From assembly GCA_023433925.1 (NCBI GenBank), contig JAEYTO010000007.1, positions 5,633-69,632 on the forward strand: a DNA stretch of 64,000 nucleotides, given 5' to 3'. The stretch comes from Pseudomonadota bacterium (GTDB taxonomy: Bacteria; Desulfobacterota; Desulfovibrionia; Desulfovibrionales; Desulfovibrionaceae). Below, one piece after another: positions 41,653 through 51,126 of this stretch. Below the pieces are notes generated by a model that was not told where the DNA came from, searched no databases, and saw only the letters and a list, made by a program, of their open reading frames with translations. Positions within the stretch are counted from its first letter, which is position 1. Each line of letters opens with the position of its first letter. The translations under genes and the position numbers were made by a program.

Positions 41653-42159
41653 GATCCCGGCTGACGACTCCTGGCCGAGCTTCTTGACGTACACGTCGCC
41701 GGTATGGGTCATGAACAGGATCTTGCGCCCCCGACTGCCGCCAACGTCGGCGGCCTTGACGTGCATCCTGTTGCGCTCCAAGGTCTCGAAGGCCATCTCC
41801 GCGTTGCGGCGGCCCACGCCGATGCCGTCGTCCATGGTTCCGCACGAGCCCCCGAAAACCTTGGCCTCAAGGCCTTGCCGCCGCACGCCCAGCCTGTCCA
41901 GGCTGCCGAGCACCGCGTGGATGGCGCTGTCCACGTACTTGTAGGCATTGCGCGCCGGGTCGTCGCGCGGATAGTCGCTCGCGCGGGGCAGGAGCGCGTG
42001 GAACAGGCCGCCGATCTTGCGCACGGGGCAGTGCAAGGTCACGGCCACGCAGGAGCCGAGCACGGTGTGCACGGCCGTTGGAGACTCGAAGACCCCTCCG
42101 TCGGCGATCATAAGATAGAAGGAGGCGATCCCGGTCTCCTCGCCGTACAATCCGCGCAT
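41650..42159 (-). CDS. cheD: Chemoreceptor glutamine deamidase CheD
   Basis: TVLGSCVAV, GGLFHALLP, KYVD, EAKVFGG, DVGGSRGRKI. Confidence 0.9.
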   Translation of the reverse strand: MRGLYGEETGIASFYLMIADGGVFESPTAVHTVLGSCVAVTLHCPVRKIGGLFHALLPRASDYPRDDPARNAYKYVDSAIHAVLGSLDRLGVRRQGLEAKVFGGSCGTMDDGIGVGRRNAEMAFETLERNRMHVKAADVGGSRGRKILFMTHTGDVYVKKLGQESSAGI

Positions 42160-42578
42160 TATTCTCCATCCAAACAGAGCGGCCCGTCCACCAGGCCGAA
42201 GTTGACGAGCATCTCATGGAGCGTGTGCAGCTCCACGGGCTTGGTCAGGTACAGGTCCGAGCCGCTCTCGAACTGGGCGCGCAGCATGTTGCGCGGGTCG
42301 TCCAGGCTGGAGAGCATGGCCACCCTGACCGGCTCGGGAGCGCCGATCTTGGCCTCCAGCTCGCGGATCTTGCCGACGGCCGCATGGCCGTCCATCTTGG
42401 GCATCATGATGTCCATGATCACGAGGTCGTAGGTCTCGCCGCTCTGCACTGTCCGGCTGAACATCTTCACCGCGTCGCGTCCGTTCTCGGCCTCGTGGCA
42501 TTCGCCGAAACGCCCGAGATAGGCGCGCAGGAGGTATCTGGCCGAGGCGCTGTCATCGACGATGAGGAATCTGAGCAT
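42159..42578 (-). CDS. Single-domain response regulator (CheY-like)
   Basis: LIVDDS, MDIMMPKMDG, YLTKP. Confidence 0.9.
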   Translation of the reverse strand: MLRFLIVDDSASARYLLRAYLGRFGECHEAENGRDAVKMFSRTVQSGETYDLVIMDIMMPKMDGHAAVGKIRELEAKIGAPEPVRVAMLSSLDDPRNMLRAQFESGSDLYLTKPVELHTLHEMLVNFGLVDGPLCLDGE

Positions 42579-42888
42579 GCTCCCCCCTGCTGTGGCGACT
42601 TGGCTAGGAGGCCCCTGACGGCGAACTCCATGGCCATGTCGAGGCTGATGCGCTCCCGCGCGTCATGGACCGGGCCATGGCCAGGGATGGCGGGACCGGC
42701 CGTCCGGCCCTGGGCGCCCGTGCGCGGCATGGCGGCCTGGCTCCTGCTGGCGATGCCCGATGGCGCGATGTGTACGCTGGTCTCGACAGGGAAACACTAT
42801 ACGATTTTGGCTTGAAACTCCAGACCATGGCCGGTGGACGAATCCGGCAATGGCCAAGGCGCATCCATGCCAGGGCAAACCGCGAATG

Positions 42889-42966
42889 GAATGCGGGTTC
42901 CAGGGCCGCTTTATCGAAAGAGGTTTTGGCGGGAGGGAATCATGAGAAGGGCGCTGCCCTTCCCGG
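42889..42966. repeat. Degenerate MITE/REP-like family copy
   Basis: atgcgggttccagggccgctttatc...agaagggcgctgcccttcccgg. Confidence 0.6.
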
Positions 42967-43011
42967 CTCATTCATGAGATTTTCATGATTGCGCCTGGCG
43001 GCGCGGAGGTC

Positions 43012-43173
43012 TCAGCGCGCCCTGGAGCGCGCGGGGTCGGGCGGGGCGAGCAGGGTCCGCGCGAGGCCCGAGGGCTTGTCGAGTTCTTCCTCCTCGTCGC
43101 GGGAGGTTCTCAGCACGAGCCAGATGGCCGCGGTGAGCATGAGCGGCGTGATGAGCATGGCGAAGGTCTGCAT
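43012..43173 (-). CDS. Small membrane protein (53 aa)
   Basis: GGAGG RBS; MQTFAMLITPLMLTAAIWLVL TM segment followed by an acidic tract. Confidence 0.55.
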   Translation of the reverse strand: MQTFAMLITPLMLTAAIWLVLRTSRDEEEELDKPSGLARTLLAPPDPARSRAR

Positions 43174-43319
43174 TGGAGCCTCCTTCGGCTGCGCGTCCAA
43201 GCTTTTCTTCGGCCCCGGTCCTCCGAGGCTGCGCCAACATACCACATCGACGCCCCTGGGCAATACTTATCCTTGTAGTCCAAAGGCCTACATGGCGGAC
43301 GAGGCCTGACCGCGCGGCA

Positions 43320-44801
43320 TCAGCCGCGCTCGAGAGCCACGCAGCGCAGGCCCTTGCCGTCGCGCGCCGCGACGATGCAGCGATTGCAGGACACGCAGGC
43401 CGCCTCGGTCTCATCGCCAAGGCGCCAGCGCTTGGGCAGGTGCGGCTCGCGGATGAGCGGCCGGCTCATGGAGATGAAGTCGGCCACGCCGCCGGCGAGC
43501 AGCCGCTCGCATTGGCGCGGGTTCCTGTGGCCTCCCACGAGGATGAGCGGAAGCCCGACCTCGGCCTTGAAGCGGGCGGCCTGCCGCGCGTAATAGGCTT
43601 GCCGCCCGGGCTCCTCGATGCGGCCCTTGCGCAAGGGGCTCAGCTTCCCGGAGCGGCCGGTGCCGCCCGAAAGCTCCACGGCGGCCACGCCGAGGTCCTT
43701 GAGTCGGCGCGAGACCTCGATCATCTCATTCACGCTCAGGCCGGGCTCCAGGAAGTCCTCGGCATTGAGCTTGACAAGCAGGGGGAATCCGTCGCCCAGG
43801 GCGTCGCGCACGAGCTGGCAGACATCCAGGAGAAAGCGCGCCCTGTTCTCCAGGCTGCCGCCGTACTCGTCCGCGCGCTTGTTGAAGTACGGGGAAAGGA
43901 ACTGGCTGAGCAAGTAGCCGTGGGCCGCGTGGATCTGCACCGCGTCGAAGCCGGCCTGCTTGGCGCGCACCGCTCCCTTGGCGAAGTCCAGGGCCGTGTC
44001 GCGGATCTCGGATGCGCTCATCTCCCGGCAGGACGGGCCGGGCTCGCCGGGCAAGACCAGGCTCGACGGGCCGCGCGGCTCCTGCCCGGTGATGTCGCGC
44101 GCCGCCGCGCACCCGGCGTGGGCGAGCTGGAGCGCGATCCGGCCGCCGACCGCGTGCACGGCCTGGGCCAGTTGCTTGAGACCCGGCCGGGCCAGGTCGT
44201 CATGGATGCTCATCTGGCCCCGGCTGGCCTGGCCTTCGGGCGAGACATGCGCATGGCCGGTTATGATGAGCCCCACGCCGCCCAGGGCCAGATTCTCGTA
44301 GAGTTCGATGAGCGCGGGCGTGACGTGGCCGTGCTCGTCGGCCAGGCCTTCCCAGGTCGCCGAGCGCACGAGGCGGTTGGCAAGCCCGAGGCCGGCCAGC
44401 CTGGCCGGCTCGAAGAGCTTGCCGCACGCCGACTGGGGCGTATCCGGCCGGCGGGCCGCGCGCCTGGAAGAGGCCTTGGCCGGCTGGGGGCTCCGGGCCG
44501 GGCTGCCCAGGCTCTCCCAGAGGCTCGTCTCGGGCTCTCGGGCCAGCAGGCCCTCGGGCCAGACGCGCAAGGCCGTGGGGTACGGCCTGGCCAGCCGGAC
44601 GTCCAGGCCTTCGCCCCTGGGCCAGCGCTCGAAAAGGAGGAACTCGGACGGGTCGTCCCGGGAGACGTGCAGCTCGCAGGCCGGACCGCCCTTTTCCCCG
44701 TGCGCGGCGTCCATGAGCGAGCGGAGCACGCGCCGCACGCGCGTCTCCAAGCCCTGCCTGGCCTTGATGCGGGTGATGATGGTGATGGGCTGGCTGGCCA
44801 T
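43320..44801 (-). CDS. NADH:flavin oxidoreductase (OYE family) with N-terminal ABM-like domain
   Basis: NRLVRSATWEG, QLAHAG, GFDAVQIHAAHGYLLSQFLSP, CVSCNRC; the N-terminus has ITRIKARQG...FLLFERW. Confidence 0.88.
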   Translation of the reverse strand: MASQPITIITRIKARQGLETRVRRVLRSLMDAAHGEKGGPACELHVSRDDPSEFLLFERWPRGEGLDVRLARPYPTALRVWPEGLLAREPETSLWESLGSPARSPQPAKASSRRAARRPDTPQSACGKLFEPARLAGLGLANRLVRSATWEGLADEHGHVTPALIELYENLALGGVGLIITGHAHVSPEGQASRGQMSIHDDLARPGLKQLAQAVHAVGGRIALQLAHAGCAAARDITGQEPRGPSSLVLPGEPGPSCREMSASEIRDTALDFAKGAVRAKQAGFDAVQIHAAHGYLLSQFLSPYFNKRADEYGGSLENRARFLLDVCQLVRDALGDGFPLLVKLNAEDFLEPGLSVNEMIEVSRRLKDLGVAAVELSGGTGRSGKLSPLRKGRIEEPGRQAYYARQAARFKAEVGLPLILVGGHRNPRQCERLLAGGVADFISMSRPLIREPHLPKRWRLGDETEAACVSCNRCIVAARDGKGLRCVALERG

Positions 44802-44909
44802 GGCAACCTCTGAGCGCGTGGCGTCGGCTTGCTGGTGAGAGTTGGGCGCACCCCTGGCCGCCTGCGGCGAGGTCGCGCAGGCTGGAGCCTAGCATACCGA
44901 CCGGACAGG

Positions 44910-44949
44910 AAAAAGCCCTTTCCGCCCGAGATGGCGGAAAGGGCTTTTT
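44910..44949. terminator. Intrinsic terminator of the ech operon
   Basis: aaaaagccctttccgcc-cgagat-ggcggaaagggcttttt. Confidence 0.85.
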
Positions 44950-44968
44950 AACGCGATTCTCAGGCCGG

Positions 44969-45406
44969 CTATTCCGGGGATTCGCCCAGGTCGTCGGGAT
45001 CAGCCGCGTCGGCGCTCGTCGGAACGGCCCCGCTCGCCGGAGTGGCCTCCTTGCCCTTGGCCTTCTTCTTGGGCGGCTGGCCCTGCATGTGGATGGTTTC
45101 GCGATCATAGACCGGCTTGCGGTAGGCCGTCTTCATGTGCAGGCAACTCACCGGGCAGCTCTCCACGCACAGGCCGCAGTACACGCAGGCGAACGGGTCG
45201 CAGTCCCAGGTCCCGGCCTTGGCGTCCACCGTGATGCACTGCGAGGGGCAGACCCGCGAGCACTTCATGCAGAAGATGCACTTGTCGATCTCGTTGTACA
45301 GCTCGCCGCGAACGTCCTGGAAGGGCTCGCGTACAACGAAGGGGTAGAGCCGCGTGGAGTGCCTGCTCAGCAGGTTGCCCAGGGCGGTCTTGGTGAAGAA
45401 GAGCAT
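44969..45406 (-). CDS. echF: Ech hydrogenase subunit F (2x[4Fe-4S])
   Basis: CIFCMKCSRVCP, CVYCGLCVESCP; operon position. Confidence 0.9.
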   Translation of the reverse strand: MLFFTKTALGNLLSRHSTRLYPFVVREPFQDVRGELYNEIDKCIFCMKCSRVCPSQCITVDAKAGTWDCDPFACVYCGLCVESCPVSCLHMKTAYRKPVYDRETIHMQGQPPKKKAKGKEATPASGAVPTSADAADPDDLGESPE

Positions 45407-45418
45407 GGGCGTCCTCCC

Positions 45419-46495
45419 TTAGCGTTCGGTGCAACTGATGCACGGGTCGATGGACAGCACGACGACCGGCACGTCGGCCAGCTCCACGCCGGGCAGCATG
45501 ACCAGGAGCGGCGGGACGTTGGCGAAGGTCGGCGTGCGGATGCGCAGACGCTCCAGGTTCTTCTTGCCGTTGGCCTTGATGTAGTACATCAGCTCGCCGC
45601 GCGGCTGCTCCACGCGGGTCACGAGCTCGCCCTCGGGATTGCCCTTGAACTTGGCGGCCAGCTCACCGGCGGGCAGCTTGGCGATGGCCTGGCGCACGAG
45701 GTCCACGGACTGGAGCGTCTCCATGAAGCGCACGTGGGCCCTGGCCCAGCAGTCGCCGTCCGTGTGCGTCACCGGCGCGAAGTCGAGCTCCGGGAAGGCC
45801 GCGTAGCCGAGTTGCCGGCAGTCCTGGGCCCAGCCGCTGGCGCGCAGCATGGGGCCGACCGCGCCCAGCTCGTGGGCCTGCTCCTTGCTGAGCACGCCCA
45901 CGCCCTTGGTGCGCTTACACACGGAATAGTCCTCCAGCATGGTCGTCTGGAGCGCCTTGATCTGCCGCTCCAGGTCTTCAAGCTCCTTGAGGATCCAGCG
46001 GCACTGCTCGGGCGAGAGGTCGCGGCGCACGCCGCCCACCACGTTCACCGAGACGATGACGCGGTTGCCGGCCGTGGCCTCGTTGATGTCCATGACCTTC
46101 TCGCGGATCTTCCAGAACTGCATGAACAGGGCCTCGAAGCCGAAGGCGTCGGCGAACAGGCCCAGCCACAGGAGATGGCTGTGGATGCGGTGCAGCTCGC
46201 TCCAGACGATGCGCAGGAACTTGGCCCGCGACGGGACCTCGATCTTCATCATCTCTTCCAGGCCCTGGCAGTAGCATAGGGCATGGATCATGGAGCAGAT
46301 GCCGCAGACGCGCTCGACGATCTGGATCATCTGATTGTAGTCGCGGATGTCGGCCAGCTTCTCAAGGCCGCGATGCACGTAGCCGATGGCCGGCAGCGCC
46401 TCCTTGACGATCTCGTCCTCCACCACGAGCTTGAGATGGATCGGCTCGGGCAGGACCGGATGCTGTGGGCCGAAGGGGATTATCGTCCTGGCCAT
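45419..46495 (-). CDS. echE: Ech hydrogenase large [NiFe] subunit
   Basis: GPQHPVLPEP, ERVCGICS, DPCISCTER. Confidence 0.95.
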   Translation of the reverse strand: MARTIIPFGPQHPVLPEPIHLKLVVEDEIVKEALPAIGYVHRGLEKLADIRDYNQMIQIVERVCGICSMIHALCYCQGLEEMMKIEVPSRAKFLRIVWSELHRIHSHLLWLGLFADAFGFEALFMQFWKIREKVMDINEATAGNRVIVSVNVVGGVRRDLSPEQCRWILKELEDLERQIKALQTTMLEDYSVCKRTKGVGVLSKEQAHELGAVGPMLRASGWAQDCRQLGYAAFPELDFAPVTHTDGDCWARAHVRFMETLQSVDLVRQAIAKLPAGELAAKFKGNPEGELVTRVEQPRGELMYYIKANGKKNLERLRIRTPTFANVPPLLVMLPGVELADVPVVVLSIDPCISCTER

Positions 46496-46552
46496 TGGTT
46501 CCCTCGCATGCTGTGCCGGCCGCGCCGTGGCGGGCCAGGCGTTGGGTCTCGA

Positions 46553-46918
46553 TTAAGCCTTCTCGGCCACGTTGTACTTGCAGAACGGCGTGCGGCGCAC
46601 TTCCTGGTCCAGGAGCAGGGTCTCGCCGTAATCCACCACGAGGCCGTCGAAGCACAGCCCGAACTGGCCCTGGATCTCGTTCTCCACGAGCACGGCCGCG
46701 AAGTAGACCCCGGAGATGGACGGGATGCTTCCGGCCTTGGAGTGTTTCATGCGCAGGTGCTCCGAGCGCAGGTCCTTGTCGAAGTGGTAGAGAAGCTCGA
46801 CGCTGTCCGCGTCCAGCTCCACGCAGGTCATGGTCACCAGCCGCCAGCCGGCCTGCTTCATCTTCCCGGCCTCGGCGCGAATGTCCTCGGGCGTCACGCC
46901 CCTGATGTTCTCGATCAC
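46553..46918 (-). CDS. echD: Ech hydrogenase subunit D
   Basis: RLVTMTC, LLYHF, IPSISGVY, VENEI; GTG start overlapping echC. Confidence 0.88.
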   Translation of the reverse strand: MIENIRGVTPEDIRAEAGKMKQAGWRLVTMTCVELDADSVELLYHFDKDLRSEHLRMKHSKAGSIPSISGVYFAAVLVENEIQGQFGLCFDGLVVDYGETLLLDQEVRRTPFCKYNVAEKA

Positions 46919-47421
46919 GGCTGCTGACCCTCCTGCTTGGACTTCATGGGGCGCATGCTCCCGAAACGGCTCACGTCCTCGCCCCTGGCCTTGGCCGCGA
47001 ACTTCTCCAGGGCCAGGACCACGCCGTCGATGATGGCCTCGGGCTTGGGCGGGCAGCCGGGCACGAACACGTCCACCGGGATGACGCGGTCCACGCCGCC
47101 CAGCACGTTGTAGCACTCGCGGAACACGCCCCCCGACAGGCCGCAGGCCCCGAGCGCCACGACAGCCTTGGGGTTGGGCATCTGCTCGTAGATGTTCCTG
47201 AGCACGTGCTGGTTGCGGTGGTTCACCGTGCCGGTGACGAGCAGCACGTCGGCGTGCTTGGGATTGCCCACGTTGATGATCCCGAAGCGCTCCACGTCGT
47301 AGAGCGGGGTCAGCACGGCGAGCGTCTCGATGTCGCAGCCGTTGCAGCTCCCGCAGTCGAAATGGACGATCCAGGGCGACTTGATGCGCGACTTGGCGAT
47401 GAAATCTTTTATGATCGACAT
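46915..47421 (-). CDS. echC: Ech hydrogenase small subunit
   Basis: GSCNGCDIE, GACGLSGG, PGCPPKPE. Confidence 0.93.
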   Translation of the reverse strand: MSIIKDFIAKSRIKSPWIVHFDCGSCNGCDIETLAVLTPLYDVERFGIINVGNPKHADVLLVTGTVNHRNQHVLRNIYEQMPNPKAVVALGACGLSGGVFRECYNVLGGVDRVIPVDVFVPGCPPKPEAIIDGVVLALEKFAAKARGEDVSRFGSMRPMKSKQEGQQP

Positions 47422-47425
47422 GATC

Positions 47426-48280
47426 TTAGCCCACGTACAGCCAGCTGAGGTTGATGAGCGACAGGGCCAGCCCCGCGAGCAGCACATAGACGAGCATCCA
47501 GCGCCAGGTCATGCGGGCCATGGTGTTGTCGATGAGGATCTCCAGGAAATACGTGCCCATGAGCAGGGCCAGCATGCCCCAGAAGCTCGTGGCCCAGAAC
47601 AGCGCCACGAAGCCGAGCAGGAGCACGGTCTCGTACCAGTGGGCCACCTCGATCACGGCCAGGTACGGCCCGGAGTACTCGGTGGTCACGCCCTTGACCA
47701 ACTCCTGGTGGCCGTGGTGCGAGGTGGAGAAGTCGAAGGGCGACTTGCGCAGCTTGATGGTCAGCGCATAGCCGAGCACGATGAACAAAAGCGGCAGCCT
47801 GTACAGGAGCGGCTGCTGATGGGCCAGGATGTCCGAGATCTGGAAGCTGCCCGTGACCATGTACATGCCCACGAACACGAGGATGAGCAGCGGCTCGTAG
47901 GTCAGGATCTGCAAGAGCTCGCGCTGGGCGCCCACCTGGCTGTAGGGCGAGGGCGTGGACAGGGCCCCGAACACGAGGAACAGCGCGCCGATGGCCTGCA
48001 CGAAGAAGATGAGCAGCAGGTCCGACTGGAGGAACAGGAGCACCACGGAGAGCACCGCGCCCAGCAGGTACATGAGGGCGCAGAAGACCTGCCAGGTGTT
48101 GACGATCATGGCCTCCTTGCCCAGGAGCTTGGCCACGTCGTAGAAGGGCTGGAGCACGGGCGGGCCGAAGCGCGACTGCACGCGCGCGGTGACTCGGCGG
48201 TCCAGGCCGGCCACGAGGCCGCCGGCCACGGGCGCGGCGACCAGCCCCAGGAGGACGAGCACGATGTACTGGATGATCAC
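47426..48280 (-). CDS. echB: Ech hydrogenase membrane subunit B (NuoH-like)
   Basis: DRRVTARVQSRFGPP, KSPFD, TEYSGP. Confidence 0.92.
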   Translation of the reverse strand: MIIQYIVLVLLGLVAAPVAGGLVAGLDRRVTARVQSRFGPPVLQPFYDVAKLLGKEAMIVNTWQVFCALMYLLGAVLSVVLLFLQSDLLLIFFVQAIGALFLVFGALSTPSPYSQVGAQRELLQILTYEPLLILVFVGMYMVTGSFQISDILAHQQPLLYRLPLLFIVLGYALTIKLRKSPFDFSTSHHGHQELVKGVTTEYSGPYLAVIEVAHWYETVLLLGFVALFWATSFWGMLALLMGTYFLEILIDNTMARMTWRWMLVYVLLAGLALSLINLSWLYVG

Positions 48281-50187
48281 AGGGCACCTCCCATCACGAG
48301 CAGCAGGAGCGCCAGGGCCGTGATGTTGACCCAGCGCGTGAGCCTTGCCTCGCCGAAGACGGCCTCAAGGTAGTAATTGCCGGCCGCGACCTTCACGGGC
48401 TGATCCATGGGCCCCACGAAGGCCGGGTCGTCCAGGCTTCCGGTGGCGTTGGCCCCGCCCATGTACAGCGAGGACGCCGGGATGTGCCTGGACTTGCCCG
48501 CCGCCCACCAGGCGAACGCCGCGCCGAGCACCACGGCGAAGAACAGCGGGTAGACCGAGAAGGCGCCCGCGGCCGTGGAGAGGAGGCCGTTGCTCGCCGT
48601 GAACACCGACTCGGGAAGCATGGGCAGGATAAAGCCCTGGTATATCCATGGGATGAACAGGGCCAGCACGACCGCGCCGCCGGCCAGGACTTGCAGCGGC
48701 CTGAGCGTCAGGGCCGGCAGGGGCTCGGGCGCGACCTCGCGGCTGAAGGGCACGCTCATGAGCATGCCGGCCCAGCGGCCCCAGAAGACCACGGACAGGG
48801 CGCTGGCCAGGGCCAGCATGACCACCAGGGGCGCGTTGCTCGCGGCGGCCTCGATGGCCAGCCACTTGGAGAGCAGCACGCCGAACGGCGGCAGGAGCAT
48901 GGTGGCGATGCCGATCACGGTGATGACTGCCGTGCGCGGCATGGCCTTGTACAGCCCGCGCATGTCCTCGATGTCGCGCGAGCCGATGCCCTGCTCGATG
49001 GTGCCCACGCACAGGAAGAGCAGGCCCTTGGACACGGCGTGGAAGAGGATGAGCAGGATGGCCGCGCTCATGGCCGCGGGCGTGCCCAGGCCGGCGCAGG
49101 CCACGATGAGGCCCAGGTTGCCGATGGTCGAGTAGGCCAGGATCTTCTTGCCGTTGGACTGGCCCAGGGCCAGGGCGGCCGTGGCCAGGAAGGAGAAGCC
49201 GCCGAACAGGGCGATGGACGTGCCCAGGAAGCTCCCGGCATAGAGCGGCGAGAGGCGAAGCACGAGGTACACGCCGGCCTTGACCATGGTCGAGGAGTGC
49301 AGGAGCGCCGAGACGGGCGTGGGCGCGACCATGGCGCCCAGGAGCCAGCTCTGGAACGGCACCTGCGCGGCCTTGGTGAAGCCGGCCAGGCAGATGAGCG
49401 CGATGGGCGCGAGCACGGCCCCGGCGAGCGGCCCGGCCTCCAGGAGCGCCTGCAAGTCGAGCGTGCCGGAGCGCGCGTACAGCCAGATCATGCCCAGCAC
49501 GAAGGCCACGCCGCCCAGGGAGTTCATCCACAGGGCGCGGGTGGCGTTTTTCACGGCCTCCTCGGTGCCGTCATGGCCGATGAGCATGAACGAGCAGAGC
49601 GTGGTGACCTCGAAGAAGAAGTAGAGCCACAGGAGGTTGTTGGCCAGCACCAGGCCGTTCATGGCGCCCAGGAAGAGCACGAGGAAGAAGAAGAACCTGG
49701 GCTGCCTGGACTTGGCCAGGTGCAGGTGCTCCTCGTGGTTGCGCATGTACGGGATGGCGAAGACGCAGATGAGCGAGCCCACGATGGAGATGACCAGCAC
49801 CATGAGCAGGGACAGGCCGTCGGCGAAGATGGGCATGACCGCCGCGCCGTGGTCGATGACGAAGAACTCGAACCAGAGCAGCGGCGCGATCTGCGCGAGC
49901 GCCAGGCCCTGCACCAGCCGGCTCTTCAGCTTGAAGCCGTAGAAGAGGATGACCGCGAGCAGGAGGAAGTCGAGGACCGAGATGACCGTGGACCAGGACA
50001 GGCCCGCGAGGCTGCCGGGATCGAAGGTGAACGGGCCCTGCGCCGCGAGCAGCGCCGAGCTTGCCGCGAGCAGGACGGCCGTGGCGACCACGACCGCGCT
50101 CCGGACCGCCGGCGCGCGCGCCACGAAGCAGACCCCGGCGGCCAGGAACGGCACGACGATGCAGATGAATAGCAATGCTGGCAACAT
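48277..50187 (-). CDS. echA: Ech hydrogenase antiporter-like subunit A
   Basis: KAAQVPFQSWLLGAMVAPTPVSALLHSSTMVKAG, KKILAYST. Confidence 0.92.
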   Translation of the reverse strand: MLPALLFICIVVPFLAAGVCFVARAPAVRSAVVVATAVLLAASSALLAAQGPFTFDPGSLAGLSWSTVISVLDFLLLAVILFYGFKLKSRLVQGLALAQIAPLLWFEFFVIDHGAAVMPIFADGLSLLMVLVISIVGSLICVFAIPYMRNHEEHLHLAKSRQPRFFFFLVLFLGAMNGLVLANNLLWLYFFFEVTTLCSFMLIGHDGTEEAVKNATRALWMNSLGGVAFVLGMIWLYARSGTLDLQALLEAGPLAGAVLAPIALICLAGFTKAAQVPFQSWLLGAMVAPTPVSALLHSSTMVKAGVYLVLRLSPLYAGSFLGTSIALFGGFSFLATAALALGQSNGKKILAYSTIGNLGLIVACAGLGTPAAMSAAILLILFHAVSKGLLFLCVGTIEQGIGSRDIEDMRGLYKAMPRTAVITVIGIATMLLPPFGVLLSKWLAIEAAASNAPLVVMLALASALSVVFWGRWAGMLMSVPFSREVAPEPLPALTLRPLQVLAGGAVVLALFIPWIYQGFILPMLPESVFTASNGLLSTAAGAFSVYPLFFAVVLGAAFAWWAAGKSRHIPASSLYMGGANATGSLDDPAFVGPMDQPVKVAAGNYYLEAVFGEARLTRWVNITALALLLLVMGGAL

Positions 50188-51126
50188 ACGGACCTCGCTT
50201 GCGCTAAGTGGATGCGTGCGGAAAGGCTCGCGGCATTCGACCGGAAAAGGCGGGGCTCGGAAGCTTCGGGAGGATCGCTTGCAGAAGGAACGCTCGAATC
50301 GCGCCGACGGCCGCGCCGGAGCAAGGTACAAGCGCCAGATAGCATTCAACCGGCAATTGTCAACTCCTCTCGCCCCGTTCGGCCGTCCATCGCCCCGATC
50401 TTATTCAGCATGTGCCGCCTTTTCGCCAAGGTCAATTCCATAAGCGGTCGTTTTAGGCCGGTGAACGGTATCCATCCCAGGCATTGATCGAACAATCAAC
50501 GGCATCGAATACCACACCGCTCCCCTGCCGAAGCGAATCCGGACTCGCGGGAGCTGTCCGCGCGGTTTTGGACCACGCTGACGCCCTTCATGCGGCCGGC
50601 CCGCGTGCGCAACCTCCCCGAGGTGGTGAACCCGCCAGGGGTGAAATGGCCGAGGTGCGCGCCGCCCGACATCCTGGACAGGTCCAGGCCATGGATGGGC
50701 ATCTCGCGCACGGCCCGGAGCTCCTTGAGCCGCGGTCCCGGCATGGCCGCCGTGGACAGCAGGGCCTCCAGCGCGGGAAAGCGCCCTCTGGCGCTCCATG
50801 GCCTGGAACCGGGACGCATGGTCTGCTCCCGACGCATGAGGCCTGCCTTGGGACGGATTCAATACGCGGATGCTAGCATGAATTCGCGCGGGGTGGAACA
50901 GGTCAATCCGGTGCGCGGCAAGAGGTCAAATTATATCCGCAATCATCGTCTGATCATGTTCGTGGAGCCCGAAAAGCGCCATGCCGGCGTCCACGACACC
51001 GAGCCTGGCCATCCAAGCAGTTCTCCGGCCTTGCAAAAAAAACCCGGCCGCACTACTCCCCTTCGAGCCGTTCTGCTATGGTAAATCGACCCCGCAGGGG
51101 AATCTCACACGAGGAAGGACACGCGC

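Noticed and set aside
45419..45450. EchE lacking a cleavable C-terminal extension as a novelty
   Set aside because: This is the established state for Ech-type large subunits
50400..51100. Short ORFs between echA and cobA
   Set aside because: No recognisable motifs or clear RBS; treated as a divergent promoter region
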